From assembly GCA_964604165.1 (NCBI GenBank), contig CAZRYF010000013.1, positions 3,408 to 67,407 on the forward strand: a stretch of DNA of 64,000 nucleotides, written 5' to 3'. The notes under the pieces were generated by a model. The model was not told where the DNA came from. It made no database searches and saw only the letters and a list, made by a program, of their open reading frames with translations. Position 1 is the stretch's first letter. Every line of letters begins with the position of its first letter. Source of the stretch: an uncultured Enterobacterales bacterium (GTDB taxonomy: Bacteria; Myxococcota_A; UBA796; CAJQPC01). Both the position numbers and the translations under genes were made by a program. This document shows positions 37,001 through 42,000 of this stretch, piece by piece.

Positions 37001-37282
37001 GTTCAGCCCCTCTTCTCTTGTGAACGCCAGAATGTGCTCCTCAAAGGAGCAGAAGGCCTCGCAAATGGAGAGAGCCACCGAACCTTGCACGCAGGTTCGG
37101 GCCTCCGGGGTGAGCCTCTCCAAGTGGATTCCCAGTCGTTGGGCGAGCTTTGGTCCCAGGAAATCTCCGGGATCCTCCCACTGGTCCCAAGGAACATCCG
37201 ACTCCACATCAAAGCGGTAGTGGAGGGACCGTCCGTGCAGGGGAGCACAGAGTGCTTTCAGGTTCTTGTACGGGTCGGCCAC
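31016..37282 (-). CDS. 2088-aa hybrid megasynthase: di-iron oxygenase-like domain, FAAL, ACP, KS, AT, DH, ACP
   Basis: Single uninterrupted ORF. Domain motifs are listed in the sub-features below. I recognised no KR, ER, TE, R or C domain. Confidence 0.9.
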   Translation of the reverse strand: MADPYKNLKALCAPLHGRSLHYRFDVESDVPWDQWEDPGDFLGPKLAQRLGIHLERLTPEARTCVQGSVALSICEAFCSFEEHILAFTREEGLNQACVTDLCLEETRHIAMFQELARRLRCRFPGWSESFDDCADESRAVLKAPFSLEGYESAGQQHHLFWTATLFFEEWTLFFHRALQEESVPIQPTWAAAHRLHAREEAQHIPTDLAHLKALDLDSDERSLLAQAFRLHVERALPHAWGLHTTRNLLDQVFPGQSQLLEAPGLWHLPHGQELATDTSFRHTRIWAPGFAESTSIAGGETLVSRFRQTMRDHPNKGIRYLTVGAPDRLESYPALFERAQSIRAHLQQNGLAPRRSVLLEGMGLPDTVGVFWACLLEGALPSIVKDASILRSSLDNPMVIRGDSLQSLQKGEPGPPWEGNPKAAALVQFSSGTTGRPKGLGLTHRGILHNIDSIVAARTEGPEAQFLSWLPLHHDMGLIGYHLLPLATGANQVLMEPGHFVRRPREWLSRISKHKISCTASPDFGLAHVTKMIPDVTGLDLSGVRCLLNGAEPISSATLRAFLDRFEPAGFRPEALCPGYGLAEATLCVTLSRPGEIPAWREFEEGMELVDLGAPLEGVEVRVVDADGAEVSETIRGQIQVRSPGRCLGSPDWINTGDDGCMAEGHLFVVGRRADRICLEGENLWMEDVERVAASLPGLGPRSVVATGFHRDGRDCLALFVVQPARLDAAGEQALRERIGQTFGLRIASLEQVHRREIPRTSSGKTQRHKLRQRLEGVASRRTDPEPTQPDDLLQQVLSAWQEVLALPAGVIHPQSTFRSLGGRSIQAARIHALLEAALQRNLSHRVVEGVQTPLDMVERIREEAESVAAPTAPTTSTVQMPSPGGAIAIVGVAGRLPGAEDGDAFWQLLSGGHASFGPLPSDRWDPGLHPGDETTFGAWLPRPFHFDPEPFGASEREARSIDPHQRLLLELATDLLDHTGCSPKKLGVYVCQGDTFLDRRQLLEGLNSGSLDLSETLSSVTDNMAAARLASTLGMEGPAVVIQAACASSLVAIHLACRALVQGECEAAIAGGVELLFTPISHILLGRAGVLSKTGACTPFSAGADGFVPGEGGGLVMLKPLERALAEGDRVLAVVAGSAVNNDGGAASRLSPNPAGQEAVLSAAWAQAGRHPGEADWIECHGTGTPIGDAVEASVLTRWLDNRDRPLPLGSAKSNVGHLQRAAGAASLWKVLLAFQHEQIPPIAGATARSDRLPSPLLQPVLAPLAWPRTTEPRRVGISAFGVGGTNCHLVLADAPQTSMAPEASLSGQVLALSAPSPAAMRQVATARLAELKRGDSLPLHHLVASWARGAPRHGWRSATVVESRAGLEEALVALSSGQRNARSQARRVVFAFPGPGSEHPQRVLRLLESSPVFREEFGSLSKGLPFDLIELLQQKNHTIAHAQPLVFATGLALSKTLERLGIQPDAVVGHSAGELVAACVSGALDPAQGMALSVLRGEAMAACSPGGMVAVLGAEERARALLEGAGIDLDLAARNAPDQCVFSGPAQPIKYATRLLSENGLVCRPLPVGCAAHSRWMAPVKAALSAALLDRAPLRPHLAFWSSLHARPMEEIPTAYWQDQVTGTVDFGRTISRLGREGATVFVELGARAVLSSAIESAGEQAIPLLREGESSPLLQALADLYEQGANPNWHRVQPVDPLLPTVRSPYPHQRRDLRPAGLHFNLTAPQAAAPQRSTGGQLVSLETDPLIRDHRAQGRSIAPGSWMLDRLAKLAGRPDTARFQDVWIMRSFQLQEGDLKRLRAVEGEDGQWTLESRERTGEWVAHLSAKRVTQVRVAPVQDLDGIRRNCTSQIPVEEILQRLERTGMVHGPRLQTLTRVYLGKWELLAHLEPREKARHHLLDPGLLDGAFQSLAAFTLAVGDATASPFLGFSMGSLDVFGPLEGPCMAHARLATPLRADSTSLRANVSLFDASGHLRIQVQDFSAKREEVQDTAPLVAEACQDPSMSDPMEQTVRAMVAKALSRPAGSVASHIRFARYGMDSLQAVRVARALGEALEMDLPPTLLFEHPTLAALVAALAQESRADVKG
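31019..31270 (-). other. megasynthase domain 7 (aa ~2005-2088): carrier protein 2
   Basis: FARYGMDSLQAVRVARAL, with Ser2042 as the attachment site. Confidence 0.85.
31328..32080 (-). other. megasynthase domain 6 (aa ~1735-1985): PKS-type dehydratase
   Basis: HxxxGxxxxP motif = H1753RAQGRSIAP, and DxxxQ motif = D1907GAFQ. Confidence 0.8.
32213..33121 (-). other. megasynthase domain 5 (aa ~1388-1690): acyltransferase
   Basis: VVFAFPGPGSE, GHSAGELVAA (Ser1473) and PVGCAAHSRWM (His1575, with a non-canonical CAAH specificity motif). Confidence 0.85.
33383..34630 (-). other. megasynthase domain 4 (aa ~885-1300): ketosynthase
   Basis: IAIVGVAGRLPGA, QAACASSLVAIHLA (Cys1047), ECHGTGTPIGD (His1182), SNVGHLQRAAG (His1219) and GVGGTNCHLVL. 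Confidence 0.9.
34688..34915 (-). other. megasynthase domain 3 (aa ~790-865): carrier protein 1
   Basis: FRSLGGRSIQAARIHALLE, with Ser825 as the attachment site. Confidence 0.8.
34958..36385 (-). other. megasynthase domain 2 (aa ~300-775): fatty acyl-AMP ligase (FAAL)
   Basis: VQFSSGTTGRPKGLGLTHRGIL, WLPLHHDMGLIG, LNGAEPI, GYGLAEATL and TSSGKTQR. Confidence 0.85.
36413..37225 (-). other. megasynthase domain 1 (aa ~20-290): ferritin-like non-haem di-iron carboxylate domain, AurF-like ligand pattern
   Basis: Candidate ligands are E75 (SICEAF), E105xxH108 (LEETRHI), E168/E169 (FFEEW) and H196xxxE200xxH203 (HAREEAQH, codons at 36674-36697). The spacing 30/63/31 compares with about 35/60/31 recalled for AurF E101, E136xxH139, E196, H223xxxE227xxH230. 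Confidence 0.6.
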
Positions 37283-37290
37283 GAGCGAAC

Positions 37291-38955
37291 CTACCTCGCC
37301 TGGATGGTGTCTGGGGAGATCTCCAGGCCTGTGCTTTCCCAGAGCATCTTGGCAAGGGGAAGAAGCTTGAACTGGGACTCCCAGGCCCGCTGGTCCACAT
37401 CGGAAGTCTCCACTGTCTGGGGATCCAGGGCCCTGGCCACGGTCTCGTAAGGAAGCTGCACCGCGCGAAATCCGTTCAGTCGATCGCTCGCACGCTTGGC
37501 CTTGTACTCAGCGTTGAGTGTGAGCAGCGACCGATCAAAGTCCAGTGCAAGGGCCTCCAGGTCCATGGTGGGCGGCGGCTTCTTTGTCGTGGCAACGATC
37601 AGGACGTAGCCCGGATTTGGAAACAGTCCCTCTACCGCGGGGGGCCGAGAGGGCAGTACGGTGAATTGCAATTCCCGAAGGTCGTGGCGCCTACAGCAGG
37701 CGTCCCAGGCCAATTCAAGTTGTTCTCCCGTGAGCTTTTCCCCCGTAAAGGAAAAGGCGAGGCCCCGGCGTCGGACAAACCGCAGGTCGGGAAGCCCATC
37801 CACAAACCGATGGCAGCGAAAGACGTCCTGGGTGTCGTAGCGAACCAGACCGACGGAGTCGCTGATCACCATGGTGTAGAGCCCGTTTGGGGAGAGCTCC
37901 CAGGGGAGAAGAAGCTTGTCCGGCGCGTCCCCCTCAAAGAACTCATACAGAGTGCCCGGGTAGGCGGGTAGAAAGGCGAGGCCGTGCTGAAAGTGGTGGA
38001 CCGTCTCGATGGCTTCCGTGGACATGGAGTACATGGGGACCAGCTGAAAGCGGTTCTTGGGCAGGTGCCGGTGGAGTCGGTCCAGAAACGGCGCAACGTA
38101 TCCTCCATCCCAGCAGGTGTAGATTCGTAGAGAAGGGGCGATTTCGGAGAGGGCAAGTGGGTCGGTAGAGTGGGCGATTCGTTGAAGACGCTCTCTCCAT
38201 CCGGTGGCAAGAACCCGTCTTGCCGCTCGGGCAGCGTTCGGGTCCAGGTTTCCCGTTGCGTGGGCGCGAATGAGGGAGGTGGACTCTTCCCAGTGCTGGT
38301 CCACCTCCTCCAGAAACACCGCCAGAGTGGAGGGGTTGGTGGCATAGAGCATGCCCGGGTTCGTGAGCGCCAGCAGCCACAGCCGAGCCGCTGTGGCCCC
38401 ATGGGCCTCGACAGTGGGGGCAAGGGCGGAGGACTGAAGGAGCAGGGCCGGGGTGAGCAGGGTCATGAGCCGCGGCGGTGGGTCCTTTCCAGCCGCCAAG
38501 ATGAAGCGCGTCAGGGACGTGTCGTCCTTCAGGCTCGCGAGAATCAGCAGTCCGGCCCTCTTCAGGCCGTAGGCGCGGCTCATTCGGCAGATTGCGCTGG
38601 CATTTGCTCTTTTGATTCGGCGCACCCGGTCGGGGCTCCAGGCGATTCGCTTGGGGTCGCGTGTGGAGCCAGAGGTCTCCGCGAGCACTCCTTCCCCTTG
38701 TGCTTCCATGCGGGCACGTGTGGCTGCGTCGTATCCCTTGACCGGTACGTCAGCCCCGATCCCCAAGCGCACTGCCAGGGCTTCCTGGTCGATCCGATAC
38801 CGCGACAGGCTGGCTTGAAACTGCCATTCCAGCAGGCTCGCCAGGACTCGTCCCCCCAGGCTGCACCACCACCGAACGGACTCGTTCCAGGCAAGTGAAA
38901 CAGCATCCGCGATGCGGTCGGTGAGCGGATGTGCCATGGGGGGGGAGGGTAGCAC
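37291..38955 (-). CDS. GH3-family adenylating enzyme-like protein (paralogue 2)
   Basis: The stop lies 9 nt upstream of the megasynthase start. The start is 38955 or ATG 38937 (MAHPLTD). Motifs: ETSGSTRDPKRIAW, MYSMSTEAIE, VISDSVGLVRYDTQDVFRCHRFVDGLPDLRFVRRRGLAFSFTGEKLTGEQ (collinear with ORF 431-2056). Confidence 0.7.
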   Translation of the reverse strand: MLPSPPMAHPLTDRIADAVSLAWNESVRWWCSLGGRVLASLLEWQFQASLSRYRIDQEALAVRLGIGADVPVKGYDAATRARMEAQGEGVLAETSGSTRDPKRIAWSPDRVRRIKRANASAICRMSRAYGLKRAGLLILASLKDDTSLTRFILAAGKDPPPRLMTLLTPALLLQSSALAPTVEAHGATAARLWLLALTNPGMLYATNPSTLAVFLEEVDQHWEESTSLIRAHATGNLDPNAARAARRVLATGWRERLQRIAHSTDPLALSEIAPSLRIYTCWDGGYVAPFLDRLHRHLPKNRFQLVPMYSMSTEAIETVHHFQHGLAFLPAYPGTLYEFFEGDAPDKLLLPWELSPNGLYTMVISDSVGLVRYDTQDVFRCHRFVDGLPDLRFVRRRGLAFSFTGEKLTGEQLELAWDACCRRHDLRELQFTVLPSRPPAVEGLFPNPGYVLIVATTKKPPPTMDLEALALDFDRSLLTLNAEYKAKRASDRLNGFRAVQLPYETVARALDPQTVETSDVDQRAWESQFKLLPLAKMLWESTGLEISPDTIQAR

Positions 38956-39039
38956 CAGAGCGGCCCACCTAAAGTCCCGTAGAGGGCGATCCGTTGCGGG
39001 AGTTGGACGCTTGGAAACCTGGAGGTAGACTTAGCCAGC

Positions 39040-42000
39040 ATGTTGGCGCCGTACCACCTGGCCATGTGGAAGTGCTTTTTGCGCTCCGTGGGAGCGAGCG
39101 CACTGGTTTGCCTTGTCTCTGGATGCAGCGGGGACAACAAGGTGGGGCTGATCAACAACCCGCCGGAGGTGACCTTCACGTCTCCCTCGGAGATGGAGAT
39201 TTTCCTGTTGACGGAGCCGATTCTCCTGATGGCCCAGGTGGAGGACCCGGAGACTCCCAATGACAGGTTGGATCTCTCTTGGGGGTTCAGCCCCGAGGGA
39301 TCCGTCACCGGGGACAAGGAGATCGGAGAGGAGGAGGTCTCCATGTTCCTCCCGGATGGGCTGGAGGCGGGCACCTACACGGTGGGGCTGCTCGCCGTGG
39401 ACCCAACGGGCGCCCGGGACAGCGACAGCGTGTCCTTTACCGTCAAGGAAAACGAAGCCCCTGTGGTGACTATCCTGGACCCTGTGGAGGGGGGGGAGTT
39501 TGCGGAGGGAGAGGCCATAGAGGTGGTTCTGAACATCAGCGATCCGGACCAGCGAAACATCCATGAGCTGGAGTTGGGCTGGGGCGGCGTGGCAACGGGC
39601 AACCCGGATGCCCCGACGAATCCAAACTCGGACGGGAGCGTGAGCTTTTATCTGCAGGGGCTCGGGGTCGGACAGTACGTGCTCTCCGTGGAGGTCACGG
39701 ACAGCCTGGGGGCTGTGGACTCAGAGTCCAGCGTGTTCGACGTGGTCGACGGCGACCGGGATCGGGATGGCTTCAACGGGGCGGATCTGGGGGGGGACGA
39801 TTGTGATGACCGGGACGAGAACATTCATCCGGATGCAGACGAGGTCTGCGACGGGGTGGACAACAACTGCAACGGGGTGGTGGATGAGGACACCGCCGTG
39901 GACGCGCCTACCTGGTACGCGGATCTGGACATCGACACCTACGGCGACCCTCTCTCCATTGCCCGCGCGTGTGTTCAGCCCGCCGGGTACGTGGTGGACA
40001 ATACGGACTGCAACGACTCGGACGCGAACGCAAACCCGGGGGCCAACGAATACTGCGACGGCCACGACGACGACTGCGACGGCGTGGTGGATGAGGATGA
40101 CGCCCTGGATGTCGTCCCCTGGTTCCAGGATGCGGACTTTGACAGCTATGGCGATTTGAACGTCTATGTGCTGGCGTGCACGGCTCCGGCTGGGCATGTG
40201 AGCGACTCCACGGACTGTGATGACACCGACGCTTTGACGTCTCCCGGCGCCAACGAATACTGCGACGGGGTGGACAACAACTGCGATGGTTCCACGGATG
40301 AGGCCACCGCACTGGATGCCACGATCTGGTACATGGACGCGGATGCCGATGGGTACGGGGGCACCTCGTCCACGGTGGTCTCCTGCAGCGCCCCCAGCGG
40401 GTACATGGCCGACGCAAATGACTGCGATGACAGCAACGCCGCGATCTACCCCGCAGCCACAGAGATCTGTGATTCCGTGGACAACGACTGTGATGGTGCG
40501 GTGGATGAACCGGACGCCGTGGATGCCACCCAGTTCTATGCGGACACCGATGGCGACTCCTACGGCGACCTCTACAACCCGGCGAACGCCTGCTCCCTCC
40601 CGTCTGGGTACGCCGCCAACAGCCTTGACTGCGATGATTCGGACGCCACCGTGCATCCCGGGGGAGTTGAGGTCCCGTACGACGGCCTGGACAATGACTG
40701 TGTGGACGGGGACGCCTGCGATCTGGACGGCGATGGCCACGACGCCTCGATCTGCGGTGGCGGAGACTGCGATGACGCCGATCCGTCCCTGAATCCGTCT
40801 GTTGCAGAGATCTGCGACGGAGAGGACAACGACTGCGATGGCCTGGTGCAGCCAGAAGAGGAAGACCACGACTCCGACGGGTTCGTGGAGTGCACCATCG
40901 TGGCCACCGGATGGGTGGGGGTGGTCACCTCTGGCTTCCCGTCCATGGGGGGAGAGGATTGTGACGACACGGATGGGACGGTCTTTCCCGGCACATCAGA
41001 GCGTTGCGACGGCATCGACAACGACTGCGATGGGGTGACGGACGAGTCCGACGCCGTGGACGTGTCCACCTGGTATGACGATGAAGACGGGGACACTTAC
41101 GGCAACATCAACACCGCCGTGGACGCTTGTAGCGCCCCGTCCGGCATGGTGCTGGACGGAACCGACTGCGACGACGAGGAAGGGACGGTCTTTCCGGGCG
41201 CAACGGAGGTTCCCTATGACGGGATCGACAATGATTGCCTGAACGGGGATGAATGTGATGTGGATGGGGACGGCTTTGATGCGAGCGATGGCCTCTGTGG
41301 CGGAACCGACTGCGACGATACCGATGCGACGATCTTCGGGGGGGGCGTGGAGGTCTGTGACGGCATCGACAATGACTGCGACGGCCTTGCGGATGAGTCT
41401 GATGCCACCGATGCGGTGGATTGGTACGACGACGACGATGGGGACGGCTTCGGCAACCCGGACACTGCCATGCGGGAGTGCAACGCCCCGAGCGGCATGA
41501 TCGCCGATGGCACTGACTGCGACGATGAAGACCCCCTCGTTCATCCGAGCGCGGCGGAGATCTGCAATGGCGTTGACGACAACTGTGATGGTTCGGTCAG
41601 CTCTGCGGAAGGGGATGACGACGCCGATGGCTATGTGGAGTGCACCTTGGTGTCTACTGGCTGGGCTGGCTCGTTTACGTTCGGTTTCTCTTCCATGGGT
41701 GGAGGGGACTGCGACGACACAAATACCGCGGTGCACCCGGGCGCCGCTGAGGTGTGCGACGGCCTGGACAACGACTGCAACGGAGCAGTGGACGGCAGCG
41801 GCGCCCAGGGCACGGCCAGCTGGTACGCGGACTCGGACGGGGATGGCTACGGCAACCCGAACAACGTGACAAACACCTGCAGCCAACCCACGGGTTTTGT
41901 CACCGTGCTCAACGGGGACGACTGCAACGATGTCAACGCGGCGGTGAACCCGGCCGCCAGCGAGGTCTGCGACGGGTATGACAACGACTGCGATGGGGAT

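Noticed and set aside
39003-39031. Sigma-70-like promoter TTGGAC-N17-TAGACT upstream of the giant lipoprotein gene
   Set aside because: The -10 element ends only 8 nt before ATG 39040, and the spacer contains the GGAGG that would serve as its RBS. The promoter and RBS readings are mutually exclusive, and I cannot decide between them without 5'-end data.
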